From: Promethearchaeota archaeon
GTDB taxonomy: Archaea > Asgardarchaeota > Hermodarchaeia > Hermodarchaeales > Hermodarchaeaceae
DNA length: 64,000 bases
Direction: 5' to 3'
NCBI GenBank assembly: GCA_048939625.1
Contig: JBHLPH010000001.1
Coordinates: forward strand, 32,001 to 96,000
The translations under genes and the position numbers were made by a program. Shown here piece after piece: positions 18,745-27,225 of the stretch. The notes beneath the pieces were generated by a model, which worked only from the letters and a program-made list of their open reading frames with translations, made no database searches and had not been told where the DNA came from. Each line of letters opens with the position of its first letter. Position 1 is the first letter of the stretch.

Positions 18745-19836
18745 GTGACACGAATTTGGTTTGATCCATTAACACCAAAACAAGCATTGTTTTGTAGTAA
18801 AATCGGTGAACGATTTGAGACTCAAGGCTTTGATGTCATTTACACCACACGCGATTATCCGGAGGTCACAGGAAAACTTAAACTATTAGGGTTATCCGCT
18901 GAGGTGATTGGAAAACATGGGGGAGCGGATCGCTTTAAGAAATTAATTGCGAGTGCAGAAAGAATCAAAGCCCTTGCTGAGTATGTCAATTCGAAGGCAA
19001 TAGATCTCGCCTTTAGTTTTGCATCTCCTGAAGGGGCGCGGGTTGCTTATGGATTGGGAATACCATATTTCACCGCGAATGATTCACCGCATTCACGTTT
19101 TGTAGCGAATTTGACAATTCCTTATGCTATATCATTATTTACACCCTGGATAATGGTACAGATTTGGTCGGATTTCGAAGTTTCCCCTCACCGAATCATT
19201 CCGTATCATGGACTGGATCCAGTCGCTTGGTTACAGGATTTCACTCTGGATACGAAAGTGTTTTCCGAACTCGGATTGTCACCAAATTCGGAGTACGTGG
19301 TCATTCGCCCAGAAGAGACTCAAGCCTCCTATTTGCATGAACATGCGAATGAACGAGAACCGGTTACGAATCCAGTAATCACAGCCATCGCAAAGGAGTA
19401 TCCCGCCCTCAAGATAGTTGTCTTATGCCGGTATCCTGGACACCGTAAAGCGACACGTGAATGCTTCGGAGATTCCGTAATAATCCCAGATGGTGTTGTT
19501 GACGCTACTAGCCTACTCTCTTCAGCTCAACTTCTTGTGGGAGCTGGCGGAACGATGAACCAAGAAGCCAGCCTTCTCGGAATCCCTGTCATCTCTTGTT
19601 TCCCCGGTGACCACTTGGCTACTGATCAATTCCTTGCGAAAAAGAAACTATTGTACCGAATTCTGAATCCCGACGATGTTGCTCGGAAAGCCGTAGAGAT
19701 TTTAGGTAATATCAAAGAATTCAAGGATGCCCATAGAAAACGTGCACAGAAACTAATGCAAGAAATGGAAAATCCAGCTGAAATTATCTACACTCATCTT
19801 TTATCGTTTGCTACTGAGAAACTAAAAAAGTCTTGA
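18745..19836 (+). CDS. DUF354 family GT-B fold protein (glycosyltransferase-like)
   Basis: RIWFDPLTPKQ, IGKHGG, SPEGARVAYGLGIP, GAGGTMNQEASLLGIP. Confidence 0.85.
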   Translation: MTRIWFDPLTPKQALFCSKIGERFETQGFDVIYTTRDYPEVTGKLKLLGLSAEVIGKHGGADRFKKLIASAERIKALAEYVNSKAIDLAFSFASPEGARVAYGLGIPYFTANDSPHSRFVANLTIPYAISLFTPWIMVQIWSDFEVSPHRIIPYHGLDPVAWLQDFTLDTKVFSELGLSPNSEYVVIRPEETQASYLHEHANEREPVTNPVITAIAKEYPALKIVVLCRYPGHRKATRECFGDSVIIPDGVVDATSLLSSAQLLVGAGGTMNQEASLLGIPVISCFPGDHLATDQFLAKKKLLYRILNPDDVARKAVEILGNIKEFKDAHRKRAQKLMQEMENPAEIIYTHLLSFATEKLKKS

Positions 19837-19897
19837 GATTTATGAGGACTTGAGGAATTTAAAAAGAATCTACTCAAACGATGTATGAGGGGTTTAA

Positions 19898-20764
19898 GTG
19901 ACAAGAACCCGACAACATTGGTACACCATCGTTATAATTGTTGGACTTATCTTAGTGTCCAATACTTCCGCTTTAACAACCTCATCCCTAGCAGCATACA
20001 ATCCTAAGGTTGGGGACCTAACAGAGTACAATTATGGCTTCATCAACGTATTAAACAATCAATCAGCATCAGACATCAACTATTGGACTGACCTAGCCCT
20101 AGCAGAAAGCAATTACACTATGAAGTGGCATCAACACGTCAACCTGTCAATCCACGTCTCTCACATCACCTCCACCTGTTGTGATATCCACGCTTTTTAC
20201 AACTTCACTGTGAACATCTTCAATAACATTGTTACAATATTTAACAGCACATGGCAGACGACAGCCACTTTGAATGCGTCGGTGCCCACTCCAGCTCCAA
20301 CTGGCGTTAGCTCTGGATTAGTGGAAAATCCCACAACTCAAGGACTTCCAGGATTTTTCTTAGACGATGGAACCTTAAGCTCAATAATTCCAGGTTCGAA
20401 CATCCTAATCGGATCAAGTCGTTGGCAAACAGTAACCCAAACTAACTTTTCACTTGGGGGAAGTGAGCAGTTAAGTTACCACCTCTTTAACCGGAGCACA
20501 TATCCGAGCCAATTAATTGAAACCACTTTCGTCATTGACCAGGATACAGGGATATACTACCAGGCTAATGAAACAACTATTATCACGATTAACTCTTTGG
20601 ATACTACTCTCACTTACTATTATCAAGTAGTGAATTCATCCGTCGCTCTAGTTCCGCCACCAAGCCCCCTTCCCGCCTACATTGTCATTGCTGTAGCTAT
20701 TGTGATTGTGATCATCGTTGTTCTCTTAATGTTTCGACGATGGTGGCGTCGTCGGACCCAATGA
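19898..20764 (+). CDS. Secreted/surface glycoprotein with C-terminal TM anchor
   Basis: Signal peptide; many N-x-S/T sequons; Pro linker, TM and RRWWRRR tail. Confidence 0.85.
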   Translation: MTRTRQHWYTIVIIVGLILVSNTSALTTSSLAAYNPKVGDLTEYNYGFINVLNNQSASDINYWTDLALAESNYTMKWHQHVNLSIHVSHITSTCCDIHAFYNFTVNIFNNIVTIFNSTWQTTATLNASVPTPAPTGVSSGLVENPTTQGLPGFFLDDGTLSSIIPGSNILIGSSRWQTVTQTNFSLGGSEQLSYHLFNRSTYPSQLIETTFVIDQDTGIYYQANETTIITINSLDTTLTYYYQVVNSSVALVPPPSPLPAYIVIAVAIVIVIIVVLLMFRRWWRRRTQ

Positions 20765-20892
20765 TGAATTAAGCCGTGCTTGATCCAGTAATCGATTATG
20801 TGTTTTACAGGCTTCATTAGAAGTTTTGCAACTTTTGAAACTGAGTCAAAACCCATTTATACGAACTTACGAACATCAGGACTGGGCTTGCT

Positions 20893-21942
20893 ATGATACA
20901 TTATCTGTATCATTTTCACAAAAGCGGACTCGTTTTGACTTCTATCGGATTTGGGTCCAAGGAAATGAGTGTAAGTCCTGAACTCGTCTCAGGATTTTTG
21001 TCAGCCCTACGAATGTTTGGACAGGACCTCTTAGCCGATGACGTCACAACCATAGAAACCGGTAACTTCCAGTTTGTATGGGACCTTGCCGATCCAGTTC
21101 TCAGCGTAGCGCTGGCTGACCGCGAAGATGATGATGTTGCGATTATGGCGGTTTTGAAAACACTGAACGCCCTATTCTTGGATCGTTACCAAAAAGAACT
21201 TCGCGGCTGGACTGGAGAGGTAGCCCTTTTTCGAGAATTCAATCCTGTTGCACGAGAGGTCGTACAGGACTATTTGCCTACCTTTGAAAAACCACAAGAT
21301 AGTGAGTTAAGACCTGCGATAATCCGGCTCTGGCGCCGCTTTGGACCCGGTCTAGATATTCTATTGTATGGACTGCTTCGAGGTGTCCCGATATTAGCTG
21401 TGGGGCGCAAATCAAGGAATCAATCTGTCATTCGTGCACTCCAAACCCTGCGTCGACGACGAATTCCCGTCATGTATTTCAACGATGCTGGAGCAGCCCT
21501 CCAAGTTTTACAGGATCGACCTGCAAATGTGTCCTTCATTCTAAGTCTTCCTAATCGGGCGTATGAAGACACCTTTGCAGATTCAGCTACAATGGGAATT
21601 CGATATGTCTGCTTATTGGTAGAAGAGCACATTGTATTACCAGTAGGTTTTGAAGCCAAACCCTTGGGTATCTCAGACAATGTAGCTCACGCTGAGAAGA
21701 TTTTAGGTCAAAGCGGTGCAGAGCTTCGTAACATCGCAGAAACTGCATTTATGACTATTTGGAACCGTATTGATGAAGTAGCAAATCTACTTGCTTATTC
21801 GGAAGCCATTCCAGATGACGAAGCAGCTCAACTTTTACGATTATCCAAGAACGATTTTTCCATCTTCAAAGAATTAGCAGTAGAAGGGGGATATGTACGG
21901 CGTGTCGGAAAAAGAGCCGATCAACAAAAACGAACGGAATGA
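20893..21942 (+). CDS. Longin-domain protein with putative DENN-like C-terminal region
   Basis: N-terminal longin signature (YLYHFHKSG..LVSGFLSAL..F..FLDRY..W.G....F..F); C-terminal LLYGLLRGVPILAVG. Confidence 0.75.
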   Translation: MIHYLYHFHKSGLVLTSIGFGSKEMSVSPELVSGFLSALRMFGQDLLADDVTTIETGNFQFVWDLADPVLSVALADREDDDVAIMAVLKTLNALFLDRYQKELRGWTGEVALFREFNPVAREVVQDYLPTFEKPQDSELRPAIIRLWRRFGPGLDILLYGLLRGVPILAVGRKSRNQSVIRALQTLRRRRIPVMYFNDAGAALQVLQDRPANVSFILSLPNRAYEDTFADSATMGIRYVCLLVEEHIVLPVGFEAKPLGISDNVAHAEKILGQSGAELRNIAETAFMTIWNRIDEVANLLAYSEAIPDDEAAQLLRLSKNDFSIFKELAVEGGYVRRVGKRADQQKRTE

Positions 21943-22438
21943 AGAAGACCCTCTGAGTTTTGAAAAGGTTCATGCCCTCCCCAAACGGTATTTCGAGTTA
22001 ATGAATTCAGGCAGTCAATTAGCCAAACATGGCAAGTTTGAAGAAGCGAAAACACAATTTGCTGAAGCTCGAAAGGAAGTAAGACGGATTATCCAACAGC
22101 TGTTGGAGATGCCAAAGACGAGTTCAGCTCGGATGTGGCAGTTCTTTGGTGTCCTTTGGGCCTTCAAGCTTATTAAAAGCGTGTTTTACTGGTTCCTAGC
22201 AAAAAGTGAAACCGTTGAGACAACTAAACAACGCAAGGAAATCCTAATGGCAGCAGTCGGGGCTCAGCAGATCGGAGCTGATTTGATCCCAGCCTTTGAG
22301 ACCCTGAATCAGAGTTTCAAGGGAGAAGACCTTGACCTACTCCCAATGCTCGGAGAAGCGATTCGAAATTATGAAGAGCGACAACGGATTTTGGTAAAAG
22401 CATTAGAAGAACAGGGACTAGATTTTCGGTTTGAATAG
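21893..22438 (+). CDS. Helical TPR-like protein, coupled to the longin gene
   Basis: GSQLAKHGKFEEAKTQFAEA TPR-like hairpin; overlaps the upstream stop; start uncertain. Confidence 0.7.
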   Translation: MYGVSEKEPINKNERNEEDPLSFEKVHALPKRYFELMNSGSQLAKHGKFEEAKTQFAEARKEVRRIIQQLLEMPKTSSARMWQFFGVLWAFKLIKSVFYWFLAKSETVETTKQRKEILMAAVGAQQIGADLIPAFETLNQSFKGEDLDLLPMLGEAIRNYEERQRILVKALEEQGLDFRFE

Positions 22439-22599
22439 GGCGTATTTTTTGAAAAAAACCCGATTTATATAGTTTATAAGGGAAAGCAGGGCGACCCAAA
22501 CCTTTTTAAAGGAGAAGGCGCCAAACCTCATTTTAGCGGCGTTTCTTCTCATTCTTTGAATAAAGGAGAAGCCGTTTCTTCAAGTTGGAGGAAAAAAAA

Positions 22600-22776
22600 T
22601 TGGCTGTTGATAAAATCGTTAAGAAAGCAATCGCTGCTAAGGCCCACAAGATGGGTTTCAACGTTTCGGGTGACGCCTACCAAGCGATCGATGATGCCGT
22701 TGAAGCACTCATCACTAAGGCGACCCATCGGGCCAAAGCCAATAAGCGTAAGACCTTGATGGCTTACGACTTTTAG
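22600..22776 (+). CDS. Short histone-fold protein (alpha3-truncated, face-to-face/bacterial-type)
   Basis: MAVDKIVKKAIAAKAHKMGFNVSGDAYQAIDDAVEALITKATHRAKANKRKTLMAYDF; RKT....D motif; SD GGAGG at 22587-22591 before TTG 22600; own terminator. Confidence 0.88.
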   Translation: MAVDKIVKKAIAAKAHKMGFNVSGDAYQAIDDAVEALITKATHRAKANKRKTLMAYDF

Positions 22777-22816
22777 TTAATCCAATGACCGTTATTAACT
22801 AAGAAATTAAGGACTG

Positions 22817-22863
22817 GGACAATCTCGTCGGCGAGTGTGTTGCGGGGATTGTCCTCTTTTTTT
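22817..22863 (+). terminator. Hairpin plus U-tract terminator after the histone gene
   Basis: GGACAATCTC/GGGATTGTCC stem followed by TCTTTTTTT. Confidence 0.7.
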
Positions 22864-22885
22864 CTCTCCCATATGACCCTGCCAT

Positions 22886-23485
22886 CTATTCAGTCGGGAA
22901 TGAACTGACTCTTTGGGAACGATATCGTATCAAAAGTGGACTGATAACATAGTTACGAAGGAGTAAGTATAACGAGAGAAACGCTCCAACAAATCCAACA
23001 GCAATTGTCCCAAAGTACACAAAAACGGAGAGAAGACTTGGCAAGTAGGAGAAATCCCATGGAATCCCATATTGGTGGAGAAGAAGCAGAATTCCAAATC
23101 CAAAAGGTGCCGCAAAGGGAATAGTAAGGATTGGAATTAAAGTTGCGACGACTAGTAGAATCGACAGTATAACACCTGTAATGGCTAATGAAAGGATAAC
23201 CGGATCGAGGGGAATTCTTCCTAACCCCGAGAGAAAAATGAGGTATTCGTTGATATTCACAACAAGAGTCAACACGACTGTTGCCATGCAGGTACTGATT
23301 ATCCAACTAAAGAGATAACGAACCCAAGACACCTGCTCGGTTTCAATACCAAACAGGGAGAGAAAGGAATCGTTGTATTTGAAGACAAAAGGGATCCTAT
23401 CTCGAAGAAAGAGTAAGATGAAAGAAATAATGGTAAGAATTATCGTCGTGAGAAGCAGCCATAATTGGTGGAGGGCAAGACTCAT
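22886..23485 (-). CDS. Integral membrane protein
   Basis: About 5 TMs; likely start ATG 23485 (MSLALH) after AAGGTG. Confidence 0.75.
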   Translation of the reverse strand: MSLALHQLWLLLTTIILTIISFILLFLRDRIPFVFKYNDSFLSLFGIETEQVSWVRYLFSWIISTCMATVVLTLVVNINEYLIFLSGLGRIPLDPVILSLAITGVILSILLVVATLIPILTIPFAAPFGFGILLLLHQYGIPWDFSYLPSLLSVFVYFGTIAVGFVGAFLSLYLLLRNYVISPLLIRYRSQRVSSFPTE

Positions 23486-23659
23486 GCGTAAGCACCTTTT
23501 TTTCTGAAACTCTTGGGGAGATAGGTTAGCTAAAAGCTTACGTGTTGGAAACCTATTCGTTTTTCGAACGAAATATGGGACGCAAGCGAGATTTTTAAAC
23601 TGTTGTACCAATTAAGAAGTACTACAGCGGAGAACTATTTGGATATCGGAGGAACTGGT

Positions 23660-24046
23660 ATGCCCTCAACCCTGGATTCGTTGACAAACATCTTAGAGGA
23701 GTTAAATAAGACTGGTCGAGTCAAAGCAAGTATCGTCGCAACCGATGAAGGATTCGTTATTGCTTCAGCAGTTAGCCGGGGAGTCGATGAAAAGGTTGCA
23801 GCAGCCATGGGAAGCTTTGTTTTCAACACTGCAGACCGGGCAAGAGATGAACTAGAACTTGGCCTGATCCGCGATATCACTATTCGATGCGAAAAAGGGA
23901 CCTTGGTATGTAAATCCACCTTATTAGAGGATAACCGACCGGTAGTTCTAGCTGCACTAGTACCCCGAAAAACCCGATTCTTCATTCGGGAAGTTAACAA
24001 CGCCTTACGAAGAATACGCGAAGTTCTAAGAGAGTTAGAAATTTAA
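23660..24046 (+). CDS. Roadblock/LC7 domain protein
   Basis: ASIVATDEGFVIAS...EKVAAAM...ELELG.I..ITI....G; SD GGAGG before ATG 23660. Confidence 0.92.
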   Translation: MPSTLDSLTNILEELNKTGRVKASIVATDEGFVIASAVSRGVDEKVAAAMGSFVFNTADRARDELELGLIRDITIRCEKGTLVCKSTLLEDNRPVVLAALVPRKTRFFIREVNNALRRIREVLRELEI

Positions 24047-24084
24047 TCTCACAGAACAGAAGTCACCTTACTAACTTGGGGTGA

Positions 24085-24822
24085 TTGTTTCTGGATAAAT
24101 TAAATGAGGAAGAGCGGATACTCACCTCCCTCAGGGATGGGTCACCACTTCGACAATTGTTGCTTGCAACAAAGGGCGAAACGGCGTTTCAGACAATCCA
24201 ACTCCCCGAAAACATTCAAAATCAAACTTTTTTACACACATTAGAATCAGCTCAGCTTCTTCACAAAGATGCAAATAGCTGGACCTTTCCAGGATATGCC
24301 AAGGTTCAAGTTGCCATTCGCGCTCTCCAGCTAGGAGAACCGAATCGAACAGTACTTTCAGCCTTAACCTGGCAGGAGTTCGAAGAATTTGTCGCTCGCG
24401 TATTAACTTTTCATGAATTCCAAGTGTGCCATCGATTTCGATTCTCAGATACTCGTCGGTATGAGATAGATATCCTAGCAGGTCGACAGCCGGTATTATT
24501 TTGCATTGATTGTAAGCAGTATGGTGTCCGATTGAATAAAGCATCGAGTCTTCGCACAGCAGCAGATGAACAACTACACCGAACCCGAGCCCTGGCAAAT
24601 GCCTTCGCTGAGTTTCAAGTGAAAATTGGCTGTCTTGACTGGTCTAGCCCTGTTCTCATTCCAATGCTTGTTACAATGCTCATTGAAGATATCCAATTTC
24701 ACGAAAAGATCCCAATTGTTCCCGCTTCACTCTTGAACGCTTTTCTTCTCAAATACGAAGAGCGCCTAGATTCTTTATGCACAGTAGAACCAAGTTCTAG
24801 TCGACAACTCCGCCTTATCTAA
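24085..24822 (+). CDS. Mrr-like PD-(D/E)xK endonuclease
   Basis: LTWQEFEEFVARVL, EIDILA, IDCKQY; C-terminal RQLRLI. Confidence 0.85.
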   Translation: MFLDKLNEEERILTSLRDGSPLRQLLLATKGETAFQTIQLPENIQNQTFLHTLESAQLLHKDANSWTFPGYAKVQVAIRALQLGEPNRTVLSALTWQEFEEFVARVLTFHEFQVCHRFRFSDTRRYEIDILAGRQPVLFCIDCKQYGVRLNKASSLRTAADEQLHRTRALANAFAEFQVKIGCLDWSSPVLIPMLVTMLIEDIQFHEKIPIVPASLLNAFLLKYEERLDSLCTVEPSSSRQLRLI

Positions 24823-25150
24823 GCAGCCGTGGAGTTCCCCCATTTTTCGCAATGGCGCAATTGAGAATCCACAAAAAATCTTCAAGAAGCCTCAGTAACT
24901 GATCGAGATTCTGATGAGATCCAGAAGAAAGCATTGAGCCACTCTCATTGATAATAGAATGGCCTTCTTGGACTAGGAATACGTGGATGTGTTCAAGGTT
25001 GTGAAAGAGCCTATTTAATTCAGTTAGGCGTTCTTGCGTGATACGTTTCTCGCCGATCCCACGACCAGGTCCACGTCGTCGACCTTGTTTTAGATCTGTC
25101 TCACGATCTAATATCGTTGGAGATTTGGCTTGTTTATGGGGTTCTTGCAT
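24815..25150 (-). CDS. Hypothetical protein with basic RRRGPGRG motif
   Basis: 111 aa; SD AGGAGG upstream; 21 bp after the preceding gene's stop. Confidence 0.75.
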   Translation of the reverse strand: MQEPHKQAKSPTILDRETDLKQGRRRGPGRGIGEKRITQERLTELNRLFHNLEHIHVFLVQEGHSIINESGSMLSSGSHQNLDQLLRLLEDFLWILNCAIAKNGGTPRLLR

Positions 25151-25171
25151 TTTCTTCCTCCTATAAATTGA

Positions 25172-26935
25172 TTAACCGGTAAAATGCACACTTCCTGTCT
25201 CCTGAATTTCTCGGACCTGTGATTCAAGATGATCAAATGCGGTTGGTAAGTATTCACGAAACCATTGCCATTGCCCCAACTCAGTATTGAATTGACAGCG
25301 TTGTCGAACCTGATTCATGATGAAATCTTTCGCACCACTTCCATAGAATACAGCTGCATCGAAGTCAGTTTGTTCAAGAAAAAGACGATTGAGTTCTCTT
25401 TCTACTTTGAGTGCTAAGCCTATTGGTAAACCAAAAGCAACAATACAGCCTGGAGTTGGATGATGAAATATGGAGCCCCCGTATAGAGGAGCTTCGCGAC
25501 AGCCTGAGAGGAAATTGCGAACTACTTCTTCACTCCCTTCGAGTATGATGAAGAGCGTTTCATTCAGTCCAAGATGATACATTGACAAATCTGGGCGTTT
25601 AAATAACACCTCTTGTGTGATTAATGATTTGAGATGTCGCCGAACAACGTGGACTGATTGACCTAGAATTAAGGCGAGGTCTTCCGCTGTTGTATCAGGT
25701 TTGACCTGCGATAGGATTTGATATGCAAGAGGGTCTAAATCTGCAGGATCGACATTAGGTTCAGCGTACTTGTAAATATAGGGTTGGCTTAGGATCTCCC
25801 CATACCCTTCTCGAATTAGAACATCACGAAGATACCGTACCCAGGCTACCCATCTAAACCTTTCTGACACGGGGACATCTGCTTCGTGGGCGAGATAGCT
25901 TCGAAGGTTATAGCCATTGAAAACGCCACTTAAGGGGTAGAAACGGTAACGGAGAAGATGACCTAACCCTACCAATTCTTGTAACCATTCTTGCAGTCGT
26001 CGAAGGCGTAATCGGGGGAGGGTGTAACTGAGAAGAAAGGGAGCACCACTTCCTCCGAATCTGTGAATTTTCCGGAGGTAGGGACATTGTTCAAAATATC
26101 GTGATACCCTACTTCCAGGGGCAGGATAAGCAAGGACTGCAATATGGTTTAGTCGTATTCGTGGATAGTTTATGCGGAAGTATCGGGAGAAAAGGAGTTT
26201 TTCACGAAAACTGGCCAGGTAGTTGCTTAAGCTTCCTAGAGAATATGATGAAATTTGTTGGAGCTGTCGAAGAGTCGATGTGGGATTTTCGATCATCAAA
26301 TGAAGAACGCGTAATTCTTGTTCGTTCAAGGGGGAGGCATAATTGAGCATAAATGTCTCCAGTAACTCAACATATTCTCGTGAGGTTAGAGGAGTGATCG
26401 CAGGTTCGAGTTCATCGAAATGAGGAAGGATTCGTTTGAGAAATGTTCCTTGGGTTACTCGGTTGAATAGGGGGAAAGAGTACGGTGCATTGTAGATTGT
26501 GTCGCCAAAAAACTGGCGTGGGGAAACTACTTGCCATAATTTCATGAGTTGGCTGAGATTAGGTTGAGCGGTGTGATGATAGGCACATAGGATGCCTAAA
26601 TCCCCACTTTCGGGAACACCCTTTACTACAGAGGGAATCAAGGTTGTGTACATTTCTCGGTAGAGGACTGTTTTAAGAAGGAGAGGACGAGTCAGGAGTT
26701 GAGAAGCGATACGGAATTTTCCCGCTCCGTATGAACCACAGAATCGTGGGCTTGTAAGAGTGTCATCGTCATAAAACTGAATTCGCGTAGGTAGGAGTGG
26801 TGAACGGTCTGTCAACTCAGTGATTTCTCGCTGAATGGTTTTCAATTGCTTCGTGATTTCCTGCCGATGGTGCCGACGTTGATTCGTGGTGAGTTTTTCT
26901 TTTGCAGTATGTTGTGTACGTGCCGTAGTCGCCAA
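25172..26935 (-). CDS. Large tandem Lrp-like wHTH regulator with N-terminal extension
   Basis: wHTH1 LNEQELRVLHLMIENPTSTLRQLQQ..; wHTH2 LDPLAYQILSQV..TAEDLALILGQSVHVVRRHLKSL; each followed by an alpha/beta domain. Confidence 0.72.
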   Translation of the reverse strand: MATTARTQHTAKEKLTTNQRRHHRQEITKQLKTIQREITELTDRSPLLPTRIQFYDDDTLTSPRFCGSYGAGKFRIASQLLTRPLLLKTVLYREMYTTLIPSVVKGVPESGDLGILCAYHHTAQPNLSQLMKLWQVVSPRQFFGDTIYNAPYSFPLFNRVTQGTFLKRILPHFDELEPAITPLTSREYVELLETFMLNYASPLNEQELRVLHLMIENPTSTLRQLQQISSYSLGSLSNYLASFREKLLFSRYFRINYPRIRLNHIAVLAYPAPGSRVSRYFEQCPYLRKIHRFGGSGAPFLLSYTLPRLRLRRLQEWLQELVGLGHLLRYRFYPLSGVFNGYNLRSYLAHEADVPVSERFRWVAWVRYLRDVLIREGYGEILSQPYIYKYAEPNVDPADLDPLAYQILSQVKPDTTAEDLALILGQSVHVVRRHLKSLITQEVLFKRPDLSMYHLGLNETLFIILEGSEEVVRNFLSGCREAPLYGGSIFHHPTPGCIVAFGLPIGLALKVERELNRLFLEQTDFDAAVFYGSGAKDFIMNQVRQRCQFNTELGQWQWFREYLPTAFDHLESQVREIQETGSVHFTG

Positions 26936-27225
26936 GCGTTGATTCGCCCCCTGCTCAGCGGTTACCCTTGAAAGAAATTGAGAGCCCTTGCTTTTTATTT
27001 AAAGTCCACGACGGGGTGTCGATAAATGTTGGAATTCCCTTAGAATTACAATTTAACTGACCTGAATGTTTTTTTTCTATTTTTAGATATTTTTAGGCTT
27101 CTTTAATAAAAAAAGTCGACTTAGACGCCGTTTTATATTATAAATTGAGACGATCCTACTTCTTTACTGGATAAATCTTTCATCAAGAAAAAAATGAAGC
27201 GTGATATTGCTATCAAGAAAAGAGC

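Noticed and set aside
26990-27200. AT-rich tract with a TATTTTTAG repeat as a replication origin or dif site
   Set aside because: No ORB boxes, no adjacent cdc6, and no 11-6-11 dif symmetry; compatible with ordinary promoter/terminator DNA.
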